From assembly GCA_963514005.1 (NCBI GenBank), contig OY740806.1, positions 19,716,001-19,780,000 on the forward strand: a DNA stretch of 64,000 nt, given 5' to 3'. The position numbers and the translations under genes were made by a program. This document shows, one piece after another, positions 1 through 12,891 of the stretch. Under the pieces are notes generated by a model that made no database searches, was not told the origin of the DNA, and was given only the letters and a program-made list of their open reading frames with translations. This DNA is from Raja brachyura (taxonomy: Eukaryota). Numbering within the stretch: position 1 is the stretch's first letter; every line of letters begins with the position of its first letter.

Positions 1-2469
1 GCCTGATGCCCTCTACAGCAGTATTTAAAGTAAAATAAGGCCATTTTTGTCCATGCTTATATTTAGTGCATAGCAAAGATGACTTTCCTTTTAAAAACTT
101 CCACTTTAATAACTTCAGGCTGTTTCCTTGTTTCTTTCACAAAATACTCTGCATTAAAAAGGTGCGAAACTTAGGTTTAACCGGTCGTGGCATTGGAATC
201 AATACCTATTCAAGTGGGGAACTCATTTTTCTGTTTACTTTCTTGTTTGTACAATTTTTTTAAATCTTGAAGACTTGAAGAGTAATGGGTCATGATTCTC
301 AAGCTGCGTCCAAATGCTAAAACTTAGAGAGAATTTTTGAAACTGTCGGACTTTCTCAAGAACTTGTGCATAAACCATTTGTGAGCTGGTCAGTAACTTT
401 GTTCCAAGTTAAATTTTTTTTGTCTCATTAGCATCCCTGATATAATTGGATTTATCGTAGCTGGAATTATTTCAAATAAACATTGCAGGGTTGAAATGTT
501 ATTTATAAACTAGTGAGGTTTTGCACTTCTCTCTTGAGTTCCTCTAAATACTTGTCAGTGTCTTTGGACCTCGTGTACATTTGCAGACATCTTGAACAAC
601 TTATTCACTGTGTTGCATCAATCTTTTGAAATATTTGTTTAAAGAAGCAATCTTTGTTGATTTTCAAAAAAAAACCTGTTTGGGGGTGGGGAACATCCAT
701 GGAACCACCTACTCTTTCGCTCCTCTGCTAATATGATACTCGTGTTGGCTATGCATTCGATACGGTATTAAATTCTGTGGTTGCCCTTTAGATTAAGACG
801 CAGTGTTAAAGTTTGTGTTTTATTGCTACCTGATATAACCGTGTCATTAGCAATTGCCTTAGGGAGTTCATGATGGGAATTTCCAACTTATTAATATAGA
901 AGGCAGTAAAACTATCTCTTCAACTTTCAGGATGAATAATTTTGTTTCCCAAAGGAAGTTTAAAACGGATGTAACTTAAATTCAATACATTCTAAATGAA
1001 AGTGAAGAATTAACTCCACACCACAAAAATGGTGCATAGAAATTCTGAGGAGAATACTTTTACTTATTGTTTAGGATCTTGACATTGTTAACAAACTACT
1101 TTGGTAGAAATCAGTACCTGCAATGGACCAGGCACTGTCTACCACTCTCCATTAGTCTCCTTCGTTCCTGGACATTCGAGTTGCAACCAATCAGTACACT
1201 TCAGAAGTTTAATAGAGTATCCCTCAATGCAAAGCTCCTCAATCTTCTAAGGAAGTAGAGGTGTTGATGAGCTTTCTTTTATTTGAGATTGCATCGATGT
1301 GTCTGATCCAGAGCAGATCTACAGATATATACACAACCACGAGGTTGAAGTTTTTAAGAAGGAACTGCAGATGCTGGAAAATTGAAGGTAGACAAAAGTG
1401 CTGGAGAAACTCAGCGGGTGCAGCAGCATCTATGGAGCGAAGTAAATAGGCAAAGTTTCGGGCCGAAACCCTTCTTCAACCCAGGAGGTTGAAGTTGATG
1501 ACTCTCATCTTGCTGTGACCATCTGGAAGAAAGAAAAGGAACCGTAAAACACTGATCACTCAGTTAACAAACAGCATCTCCCCAGAAGCCATCAGGTCTC
1601 TTGAACACTACATAAACCTAACATTTACAACTATAATCTTCTGTGGGCTGTATCTTTGGTTGCTGTATGAACTTCAGTTTTGCTCCTTATGCTTCCTCAC
1701 ACAGTATTATGGGTATTCATTTATTGTATTGCTATTTTATACTTATCTGTGTGTTATTGTGTTTACAGGCATGCTAGCTGCAGCAAGTATGAATTTCATT
1801 GTTTCACTGCTGTTCTTGGTACATATAGCGATTATACACTACTGATACTCTTCATACAATATCTATCATTTTATGATCAGAAATGGTATTCATAATACTA
1901 TTGAGCTATTAAAATTTGTTTTATTCAATGAGATAAACTCTTTAGGTGTGGAATGCAAAGGTAAACATCTCTTCTTTTTCTTAACCAAGAATAATGAACA
2001 AAGTAATTTCACTTTAAATCGCCCTACATTAATGCGAGGCCCCCGAGGCCAAAGAAGGGAAGAGATTGAACTTATTTTTTTGCCTTCCATCACAGTGAGG
2101 ATTGTGGAGGAGTCACTGTGGTGAATGTTCATGTTAAAATGTATTTTGTGTGTTCCATTGCTTTTTATTGGTATGACTGTATGGAAAATGAAATTCCTCG
2201 TAGGTTGCAAAATATATGGCTAAAATTATTATGATTATGATGTGTCATGTTTTCCACAAAAAACACACTATCAGCAAATGAGGACGTACTATCTGTGAAA
2301 CGCAACAATTGTTTAATGTAAATAACATTTTCAAGGTTATGAACACCTTCCTCCCTCATGTGATGATAAAATATTGAATTCCATGAGAGTTCATTCTAGA
2401 GGGCAAGTGAGATGTCCTTGTGAGACATAAATGCTCAGAGTGATGGAGATCTTCATTAGCACGGGGCAA

Positions 2470-4373
2470 TTTAGAGGTCAAAACTAGTGACTAGATTGAT
2501 AGAGCGAGGTACTAGCAGTTACATAGGAGATCCTGCGAGGCACTGGGTTTTCTGACTTAGTCTGGAACGTGAGTGTATCAGGAGTTGCTGACTGTGGTGG
2601 ATGTGAATTGTATTGTGAGGTCTGGTGTGAATGTCGTATTCCTGCTAATTACAATCGAGTAGCAAACTGAAGTTCAGTTTTAATCTGGCTGCTTTAAGCC
2701 CCATTGTCGGTGGGCTGCGGGTCAATTTGAAGGGGCAGTTGAAGATGGTTGAGTCTGAGAAATTGCTCCGTATGAATTTTCAGATGAGGATGGTTGACTT
2801 CCAACAACCACACCCGCCTTCCGTTGCGCATGGTTTGAGTCATGGTTCGGAGATCAAGCGAATGCCTGTGGGGGCAGAGAGCAACAGATTGAATGGGCCA
2901 AGTGTTGGTGGGGAGTGGGTGGTAAAAGCATGTCTGGTGGAGATAAAGGTGGGAAGAGATATTACATAAATAATGCAAGAGTAGGAGTGAGAGAAACATT
3001 ATGACTAACTGAATACTGGGCATTTGGAAATGCAAGAGTGGAATGGCAGATTGTGTAAGAAGGAACTGCAGATGTTAGTTTACACCATTAGAGATTCAGT
3101 ATCTCTAATTTCAAGTAACCCTTGCATTCCCTCCCTCCTGCCCTCCTCCTTCCCCACCCCAATCCTGCTAGTTCCACTGTTTGCATCCATATGCCTGTCC
3201 AAAAGACTCTTAAATGTCCCTATCATTTCTGCCACAACCACAATTCCTGGCAACACATTCCAGGCACTCACCACCTTCTGATTTAAAAAGAAAACGCCCT
3301 ACATTTTGCCCCACACTCCTTAAAGTTATGCCCTCTAGTATTTTTTTTTCTCATCCTGCGAAAAAGGTTCTGACTGTCTTCTCTCTCCCGGCCTTTCATA
3401 ATTTTATACACTTCTATCAAATGTCCCTGCAACTTCTGGCATTCCAGAGAAAACTATCCAACCTCTCCCTGTACCTAGTACTTCCTAATTCAGGTATCAT
3501 ACTGGTAAACCGGCAAGCATCCACATCCTTCTTATAATGGAGCAGCCAGAACAGCATGTGTATATATACAAATATGGTCTAACAAATCCTATAAAGCAGC
3601 ATTATGACTTCATGTCTCTAATACTCAATGCCCAAACCGATAAAAGCAAGCATTCAATATAGAAACATAGAAAAATAGGTGCAGGTGTAGGCCATTTGGC
3701 CCTTCGAGCCTGCACCGCCATTCAATATGATCATGGCTGATCATCCAACTCAGTATCCTGTACCTGCCTTCTCTCCATACCCCCTGATCCCTTTAGCCAC
3801 AAGAGACACATCCAATTCCCTCTTGAATATAGCCAATGAACTGGCCTCAACGACCTTCTGTGGCAGAGAATTCCAGAGACTCACCACTCTCTGTGTAAAG
3901 AATGTTTTCCTCATCTTGGTCCTAAAGGAATTCCCCCTTATCCATAGAATGACTTCTTATATGACTTCTTGTGTTGGGAAATGTGATCTGGGGGAAGATG
4001 TTTCTTGTGGACAACTGAGTGAAATATCTGTAAAGTTTCTCCTGCCTCCGGAGGTTGGTGCGCATTGAGGTTGAGTTGCATCTTGTGCTTGTGTTTTATA
4101 CATTGCTCATTTAATGGGAGGTACGTTATCTTTTGTTGAGACTTGTTTGCGTGAATACCAGTACGCTTGTTTGGGAAAGGGGAATGAGTGCATTCTAAAG
4201 AACCAAAAATTCAGGTCAACAGACACTGAAATTGTGCTGTAGACACTACAAGCCCAGAGATCATTCCATAAATTGTCATTCAGAACAGATTAGATATGTG
4301 GGTATTATTGACTTCACCTGGTCAAATCTTGTTCTGACATCAAGTCAACTCTGCAAAATCAGCTACGTGGAGC
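2470..4373 (-). pseudogene. Possible decayed exons of an unidentified gene (small exon 4373-4318, large exon starting 4194, interrupted by CR1s)
   Basis: GT-AG intron 4317-4195 with compatible phase 2. Long single-frame stretches (MHSFPFPKQAYWYSRKQVSTKDNVPPIK*AMYKTQAQDATQPQCAPTSGG..) have sparse TGA/TAA stops. Confidence 0.4.
3661..3942 (-). mobile_element. CR1 LINE 3' end, adjacent to an older LINE fragment at about 3170-3655
   Basis: Matches the 3' end of the other CR1 copies (agaaacatagaaaataggtgcagg..). Confidence 0.88.
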
Positions 4374-4431
4374 CTGTTTGAACAGAATGATACTGGGCAT
4401 CAGGGTAAAGGTGGAATTTACATAAGGTGGG

Positions 4432-5095
4432 GATATGGCGGATGCCGGGTGGCGCCGTACAATGGCAACCACGCCCACAGGTTTTCTCGTCCATTTATTT
4501 CTTTGTTGTTTTTAGTATGTTGTAAAATATATGTTTTCGTGGATCCTTAACTTTGTATTATGTGGAGGGTGGTCGGGGGAAACTTTTTTCTCATCTCTTT
4601 CCTCGACGGAGATGCAATTTTCTTCTGTATCGTGTCTCCGTCTGCGCTGCGGCCAACCTTCGAGGAGCTGGCTGCCTCTTGCTGGGGATGGACTTTGGAA
4701 GCTCCAACCGCGTGAGCCTGCAGAACTTAACATCATGGAGCTGGTGGTCCCTTTGTCAGGGATTGGCCTCGGGAGCTTCACCAATGGGAGCTTCGATCGA
4801 CCCGAAGCGGGAACTTTGATCGCCCGGATGGGGGATCTTCAATTGCTGACTGCGGGAGCTTTGATCGCCCCGACTGCGGATGGTTCGACTGCCCCCTCCG
4901 TGGCAGCATTAGGAGGAAAGAAGATAAGACTTTATTGCCTTCCATTACCTTGAAGAATGTGGGGGAGCCGCTCTGGTGGATGTTTATGTTAACTTTTATG
5001 TAGTTGTGTGTCTTGTTGCTTATTTCTGCTATGACTGGTAAATCAAATTTCACTGTACCTTAAATGGTACACGTGACAATAAAGGATCATTGAAC
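4432..5095 (+). mobile_element. GC-rich non-autonomous retroelement with a LINE-like tail
   Basis: Shares the 3' part (ttgccttccat..tgactg..aaatttc..acaataaagg) with 29745-30646 and 2030-2240. Confidence 0.55.
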
Positions 5096-7423
5096 CATAT
5101 GCAGTAAATGGCTTTAAAATATTTTGAAACATTTTGCATAAATTTACATGCTTGCTTTACTTGAATAACTATAATTTCGAAGGCTTGCTGCTTCACACAT
5201 GCACTCACTGTGTGTTGTATGGTTAAGGCTCATGAAAAGCAATGGTCACATCTAAGTGTTACATTACATTGAAAGTAACACCCAACTTTGAATTAATAAT
5301 TCACACCAGATTGTTGCCAGCATCAGACAACATCTTCTCTGGGCTGTACCGAAGCAGAAGGCGAGCAAACTGAAATAACAGTACACATATTCCACTTGGG
5401 TAGTTTGCAACCCAATGGTATGAAGATTGAATTCTCCAATTTCAAGTAATATCCCAAGTCCATACCTGCACACTGGTGTGCACACACTTCTGTCTTCTTC
5501 CAGCATCCAAGTCTTCCTGGTCCTTTCCCTTCTCTAAAAGCCCATCCACGAGTCCCATATTTCCCATTTAAACCCCTGTCTTTCCACTCCTCCCTGTCCC
5601 ATTCCATCCATGTCCTTTTCTCTGGTATAAAATTTCACACCTCCACTTATTTCCTGATCTGACATACTTTTGGTTTTATTTTCACCTATGGGCTTTGTCA
5701 CCATCTCCATATATCTCCATATATACCTGCATATCACACCCCTCCCTTGCCTGTATACGGCTGTCACTCACTGAGCCTTGCCGCACCCACGCCTCTCTTT
5801 ACCAGCTCCCTCTTCCCTAGTCCATCAGAGTGGAGAAGAGTGCCGACCCAAAGAATTGTCTGTCTATTTCCATCTACAGATGCTGAGTTCCTCCAGCATT
5901 TTCCTTTTTGTTCAGGTACCAATGTAACTTTTGTGATTCTTGACGTATTTCTGTTTATATACCTGCGTTATATCTTTCATTAGTGTTCATTCTCAGAATA
6001 CTGTCTTTAACCTTTATGGCTCGTAGCAAGAGTATCTCATTCAGCTAATTCTGTCACTTGCGTAGATCTTAACTGATCTGTACGACCACAACTTTTTTCC
6101 ATTGCGCTGACAAACCTCACCTTGTTCCGTGTGCTGCAGCTTTGTAGTGTGCTTTTGATCTAATATTTCTCGCATCGGTTAGACAAACTATCATACAACT
6201 TGAGAACTATTGGTCGGAATGGGGAAACCTGCTCTGCCCCCTCTCACCCTCTCATCCTCCCTACCCCCCTCCCTCCTTCCCCCATCACTCCCTCACTCCC
6301 CCATCCCTCTCTCCCTCCCCATCCATTACATTTGAAAAGAGACTGTATCTGTTGTTCCCAGTGTTTACCGTGACCATACCAGTGTATATTTACTGAAAGC
6401 ATTGCCCTGTTATTAGGAAACATCATATAAAGGAGTTTACCTTGTGGATGACCTTTCTGGGTTTCAGATTCCAACCTTCGCTGTGGAAAAAGGTTTTTCC
6501 TTAGTTACTCTTAATTCTCCTCTTATCTCATATATATATATATTAAAACTCTGTGGCCAGCTGGCGACAACTGTCTGCCGCGTCTCCGCTTTGATGTCGC
6601 GCTCCACCGAAACAGGACCCTCGGACGCCGCTGTTTTTCCCACTGGCCCGGACGTTACGCTCGCGCTTTCCCGACGGCGCTCCCCGTCACGTTTGGACGT
6701 CGTTACGTACGCCGTTTTTAATAAAATCCATCGCCCCCCCCTTTCGAAAATCGAACTGCTCGCACCCATAGAATGTTGGTAAACATTCCATCGTGCCATG
6801 TCACAATGCCCAAGGCTCACAGATGTCCAATCGGAACAGATCTTATTTACATCTGCCTCAGCCCCAGCCCCCCCCCCCCCCCCATACCCCGCCTGATGTT
6901 CCAGCACCTTCCCATTGTGTGATGTCACAATGCCATCCCTCACAGATGGCCAATCGGAACGGATCTCATTTACATCTGCCTTGGCCCCGGCCCCAGCAGC
7001 CTGTGTTTGACATGTGACTGGGGGGACATTGCCGGCTCGCGTTGCCTTGGGAACCTTTTCAAGAACATTCTTCCCCAACGGTCATTTGGACTTCGTTTCT
7101 CGACAGCGATCGATCTAAACGCTGGATTTCTGCCGTTGTTTCATTTTTCATTTGACACTTTTGTTTTGAAAATCTTATTATCGATTTACACTTTTGTCAA
7201 AAGGTAAACGTAGATGATGTTTTCAATATTTATTTATATTTGAATAATTCTTTTTATTAAGTTCTCCGTTATTTGCTCTGCCAAATTAACACACATTTTC
7301 CCATTTTTTTAAATATTCTCTCTTTATTCAAAGGACTCCATTACTCCACTTTGAAGAGATTGCTTTTCTGTTTCTAAACTGCAGTTATTTTCTTTGCCGA
7401 TTTCCACAGCCGTGTTTATCAAA

Positions 7424-8181
7424 TAGAAACATAGAACATAGAAAATAGGTACAGGAGTAGGCCATTCGGCCCTTCGAGCCTGCACCGCCATTCAATATGA
7501 TCATGGCTGATCAACCAACTCAGTATCCCGTACCTGCCTTCTCTCCATACCCTCTGATCCCCTTAGCCACAAGGGCCACATCTAACTCCCTCTTAATTAT
7601 AGCCAATGAACTGGCCTCAACTACCCTCTGTGGCAGAGAGTTCCAGAGACCCACCACTCTGTGTGTGAAAAAAGTCCTTCTCATCTCGGTCCTAAAGGAT
7701 TTCCCCCTTATCTTTAAGCTGTGACCCCTTGTCCTGGACCTCCCCAACATCGGGAACAATCTTCCTGCATCTAGCCTGTCCAACCCCTTAAGAATTTTGT
7801 AAGTTTCTATAAGATCCCCTCTCAATCTCTTAAATTCTAGAGAGTATAAACCGAGTCTATCCAGTCTTTCTTCATAAGGCAGTCCTGACATCCCAGGAAT
7901 CAGTCTGGTGAACCTTCTCTGCACTCCCTCTATGGCAATAATGTCCTTTCTCAGATTTGGAGAGCAGAACTGTACGCAATACTCCAGGTGTGGTCTCACC
8001 AAGACCCTATACAACTGAAGTAGAACCTCCCTGCTCCTATACTCAAATCGTTTGCTATGAAAGCTAACATACCATTGGCTTTCTTCACTGCCTGCTGCAC
8101 CTGCATGCCTACTTTCAATGACTGGTGTACCATGACACCCAGGTCGCGCTGCATCTCCCCTTTTCCTAATCGGCCACCATT
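7424..8181 (-). mobile_element. CR1 LINE 3' fragment nested in the Helitron
   Basis: ORF2 C-terminus [32 protein letters not shown], plus the CR1 3' tail. Confidence 0.92.
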
Positions 8182-8873
8182 GTTATCTTTATTTGCAATT
8201 TAATTCCTATTGAACAGATAATTCTTCCTTCTCTCCCCCTGCCCCTTCCCTCTCTCCCCCACCCCCTTCCCCCCCCCACTCTTCCACTTCTCTCTCCCTT
8301 CCCCCACCCCTCTCCCACCACACCTCTCTCCCTCCCTCTCCCTCTCTCTCCCCTCCCTCCGTATCTCCCCCACCCCTTTCCCCTACTCCTCTATCCCACT
8401 TCCAGCACCCCCTTCCCCCCTCTCTCTCTCCCACTTCCACCACTCTCCACTACACCTCACCCTCCCTCCCCATTTCCACTTCTCTTTCCCCATCTCCCTC
8501 CCCCATCCCTCTCTCCCCCTCCCTTTCCTCCCCCTCCCCACTCTTCCCCCTCTCTCCACTTTCCCCCTCCCTCCTCATTCTTCCCCCTCCTCATACCACT
8601 CTCCCCCTCCCTCCACACTCTTCTCTCTCTCTCTCTCTCCCCTACCCCTGTCCCTACCCCTCCCTCCACACTCTTCCCCCTCCCCTTCCCCTCCCACCCC
8701 TCTCTCAACCCCTCCCTGAACCCTCTCACCCCTTCCCCCACCCCCCTCTCCTCCTCCCTCTCCCCCTCTCCATTTCCCTCTCTCCTTACCGCTCCCACCC
8801 CCTCTCTCCCACCCCTCTTCATCCCCATCTCCCCCCCACCCCCTTCCCATCGCTCTTGCACCACTCCCTGCTA

Positions 8874-10005
8874 CCCCTCTTCCCCTTTCCCTCCCCCTCT
8901 TCCCCTTTCCCTCCCCCTCTTCCCCTCTCCCTCCCCCTCTTCCCCTCTCCCTCCCCCTCTTCCCCTCTCCCTCCCCCTCTTCCCCTCTCCCTCCCCCTCT
9001 ACCTCCCCCTCTTCCCCTCTCCCTCCCCCTCTTCCCCTCTCCCTCCCCCTCTTCCCCTCTCCCTCCCCCTCTTCCCCTCTCCCTCCCCCTCTTCCCCTCT
9101 CCCTCCCCCTCTTCCCCTCTCCCTCCCCCTCTTCCCCTCTCCCTCCCCCTCTTCCCCTCTCCCTCTCCCTCTTCCCCTCTCCCTCCCCCTCTTCCCCTCT
9201 CCCTCTTCCCCTCTCCCTCTCCCTCTTCCCCTCTCCCTCCCCCTCTTCCCCTCTCCCTCCCCCTCTTCCCCTCTCCCTCCCCCTCTTCCCCTCTCCCTCC
9301 CCCTCTTCCCCTCTCCCTCCCCCTCTTCCCCTCTCCCTCCCCCTCTTCCCCTCTCCCTCCCCCTCTTCCCCTCTCCCTCCCCCTCTTCCCCTCTCCCTCC
9401 CCCTCTTCCCCTCTCCCTCCCCCTCTTCCCCTCTCCCTCCCCCTCTTCCCCTCTCCCTCCCCCTCTTCCCCTCTCCCTCCCCCTCTTCCCCTCTCCCTCC
9501 CCCTCTTCCCCTCTCCCTCCCCCTCTTCCCCTCTCCCTCCCCCTCTTCCCCTCTCCCTCCCCCTCTTCCCCTCTCCCTCCCCCTCTTCCCCTCTCCCTCC
9601 CCCTCTTCCCCTCTCCCTCCCCCTCTTCCCCTCTCCCTCCCCCTCTTCCCCTCTCCCTCCCCCTCTTCCCCTCTCCCTCCCCCTCTTCCCCTCTCCCTCC
9701 CCCTCTTCCCCTCTCCCTCCCCCTCTTCCCCTCTCCCTCCCCCTCTTCCCCTCTCCCTCCCCCTCTTCCCCTCTCCCTCCCCCTCTTCCCCTCTCCCTCC
9801 CCCTCTTCCCCTCTCCCTCCCCCACTTCCCCTCTCCCTCCCCCACTTCCCCTCTCCCTCCCCCACTTCCCCTCTCCCTCCCCCTCTCCTTTCCCTCTCCC
9901 TCCCCCTCTCCTTTCCCTCTCCCTCCCCCTCTCCTTTCCCTCTCCCTCCCCCTCTCCTTTCCCTCTCCCTCCCCCTCTCCTTTCCCTCTCCCTCCCCCTC
10001 TCCCC
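8874..10005. repeat. 20-bp polypyrimidine minisatellite (CCCCTCTTCCCCTCTCCCTC)n within a C/T-rich tract spanning about 8220-11050
   Basis: Near-perfect 20-nt periodicity over more than 1 kb. Variant units occur at the right end. Confidence 0.95.
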
Positions 10006-11700
10006 TACCCCTCTTTCTCCTCCCCTCCTCTCCCCTCCACCTCCCTTTCCTCCCCTTTTCTCCATAACCCCTCTCCTCTCACCTTCCCCTCTCCTCTCCC
10101 CTTCCCCTTACCCCACCCCTCTCTAACCCCCTCACCCACCCTCAGGGACATGCTGCCCTGCCCCTCCCCCTACACATGTGACTAGGGGGACACTGCACCA
10201 CTATCCCCCACACATGTGACTGGGGGGAACATTGCTCGCTCGCGTTGCCTTTGAAACCTTTTCCAGAACATTCTTCCCCAACGGTAATTCGGACTTCGTT
10301 TCTCGACAGCGATCGATCTAAATTATTTTTCATTTTCAAAATCTTATTATTTGATTTAGTTCGACAGGAAAGTCAACTCTCCCTCCCCTTTCTCTCTCTC
10401 CCCTTCCACTCTCTCCCTCTCCTCTCTCTCCCCCTCCACTCTCTCTCCACCTCCCCTCCCCCTCTTCCTCCTCCTCTCCCCACCACCTGTCCATTTCCTC
10501 CCCTCTTCTCCACCACCCCTCTGCTCTCATCTCCCCCTCTTCCCCCCTCCCCTTCCCCCATCGCTCTCTACTCCCCTCACCCCCCTCCTCCTCCTCCCAC
10601 CCCCTTCCCTCTCTCCCCCACCCCCATCCTTCTCTCCACCTTCCCCTTCCCTCTCTCCCCCGCCCCCTTCCCCCCTACCCCTGTGCCTCTTCCACCACTC
10701 CCCCACCATCCTCCCCTCCCTCTCTTCAACTCCCACCACTCCCCTACCCCTCTCCCCCTCCCTCCCCACTCTTCCACCTCTCTCCCTTTCCCCACTCCTC
10801 TCCCACCCCACCTCTCTCCCTCACCCACCCTCTCTCTCCCCTCCTTCCCTATCTCCCCCATCCCTTTCCCCTACTACTCTCTCCCTCTTCCACCACTCCC
10901 CCTTCCCCCTCTCTCTCTCTCCCACTTCCGCCACTCTCCCCTATACCTCTCACCCTCCCTCCCCACTTCAACTTCTCTCTCCCCCATCCCTCACCTCTCC
11001 CCCTCCCTCCCCCACCCCTCTCTCCCCTCCTCCCTTCCCTCCCTCCCCCCTGCAACCACACGTTGGGGGAACAGACCCAACGGGTCTGCACTTGGTCTAG
11101 TTTATTTTAAACCTGTGACCTTTAATCCTTCACCACTTCTGACAGCCTTTGACATTTTATGCACTTTGATCAAATCTTCCCTCGTCTTTCTCTGTAGACG
11201 TTTCCAATTTATCCTCATAACTGTCAACTCCTCCCAGGAACATTCTCGTGAAACGTTTCTGGACCCTCACTAAAGCCCTCGCATCCTTCTGATAATGAAG
11301 TGACACTATTTTAAACACAGACTTTCAGTTGAGGCCAAGTCAGTGTCAAAATTAACATCTCTGCTTTTATAATCTCCTCATGGAACTCAGAATTATGAAT
11401 GCATTTACAGTTATAAACCAATCCCTTTACGTTCCGTGGCGACACAAGAGATTGCAGTTGCTGGAAATCTTGAGCAAATAAACAAAACTGCTGGAGGAAC
11501 TCAGCAGGTGATAAACATCCTGCTCAGGATCCTCCAAAGGTTTGTTTTGTTACTTTCACTTTCGATGACACATACACCCAGAGATCTTTATGATGTTAAA
11601 CTCTTATTGGAACGCAGGGCTGCCAACTCTCACGCATTGAGCATGAGACTCACGCATTTGATGAAATGCTCACGCTGATGTCAGAAGTTCTCACGCTCAA

Positions 11701-11702
<2 letters not shown>

Positions 11703-11754
<52 letters not shown>
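11703..11754. repeat. (TA)n microsatellite
   Basis: About 26 perfect AT units. Confidence 0.97.
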
Positions 11755-11757
<3 letters not shown>

Positions 11758-12520
11758 ATTCCTCCACACTCCCCAATGATAATATTTTTATGCCGGCGGG
11801 TTCCCCCTAAAGAACAAGCAATTTAATTGTCTTAAGCCCATCGCACACTATTTAAAATGGCAATGTAGACAAAGATGCTGGAGAAACTAAACCAGTGAGG
11901 CAGCATCTATGTGTGAGTTTGACCCTTCTTCAGACTCAAGCATTTCTCCAGCATTTTTGTCTACTGCTCTATAGATGCTGCCTCACCCACATTCACATTC
12001 CCGTGCAGATGGTGTGAAAGGTGAGACGCGGCGGTGGTCCCTGCAAGACTATGACACACTGTAGAAAGGGTGCAATTGCTCTGGAGAGGATCCAGGGGCG
12101 ATTTGTGAACATATTGGCAGGGCTGGAATTTTTTTTCACTTCAAAGAAAGATTTGATAACTGGGATTGTATTCTCTGCAGCAACGGAGGTGAGGAAAATA
12201 CTTTGTTGAGGTGAATAATATTATGAGAATAGGACCTGTTTCGCTTAACAAAGAGTGTAAGAAGGAACTGCAGATGGTGGTTTAAACTGAAGATAAACAT
12301 TAAAAGCTGGAATAACTCAGCAGGACATGCGGCATATCTGGAGAGAAAGAATAGGTGATGTTTCGGGTCGAGACATTAAGATTGAAGAGGTTAAAAACCA
12401 GCCATAAAACACAATGACTGGACATGTATGTTATCCAACTAAGCCGAGAAATCAGATTCATATGTTCATTTTTATTGATGTGACACCATAATAATTATAT
12501 TACAGAAAAAATATTGTAAT

Positions 12521-12796
12521 GGGGTGGCACGGTGGTGCAGCTGTAGAGTTGCTGTCTTGCAGCACCACAGACCCAGATTTGATCCTGACTACGGGTGCTG
12601 TCTGTAAAATATTTGTACATTCTCCTTATGACCACAAGGTTTTCTCTGGATATTCCGATTTCTCCCACATCCGAAAGAAGTGCAGGTTTGTAGGTTAATT
12701 GGCTGCTGTAAATTGTCCTTGCCGTGTAGGATAGAACTGGTGTATGGTAGATTGCTGGTCGGTGTGGACCTGGTGGACTGAAGGGCCTGTTTCCAT
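12521..12796 (+). mobile_element. tRNA-derived V-SINE (HE1-like)
   Basis: A-box TGGTGCAGCTG, degenerate B-box TTTGATCC and the V-core TTTGTACATTCTCC..GGTTTTCTC. Confidence 0.8.
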
Positions 12797-12891
12797 ATAT
12801 ATGTTTTACATATATATCTTAATTTCATTGAACCATACAGGGTTGAATATGTGGCATTATTTTCGTCTTGTTTCTATAGTCAAAGGGTTCA

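Larger units (their letters stand above)
6526..11100 (+). mobile_element. Non-autonomous composite Helitron
   Basis: 5' A|TC(TCATATATAT..TTAAAACTC). 3' hairpin CAGACCC-AAC-GGGTCTG (11072-11088), 8-nt spacer, then CTAG|T. No TSD. The joined flanks rebuild an older CR1-like fragment. Confidence 0.75.

Noticed and set aside
8207-11273. Long Gly/Glu/Arg-rich and Pro/Leu/Ser-rich ORFs (up to 496 aa), superficially like RPGR ORF15 or extensin
   Set aside because: They are open in all frames on both strands because the C/T-only minisatellite cannot encode stops. There is no splice or gene context.
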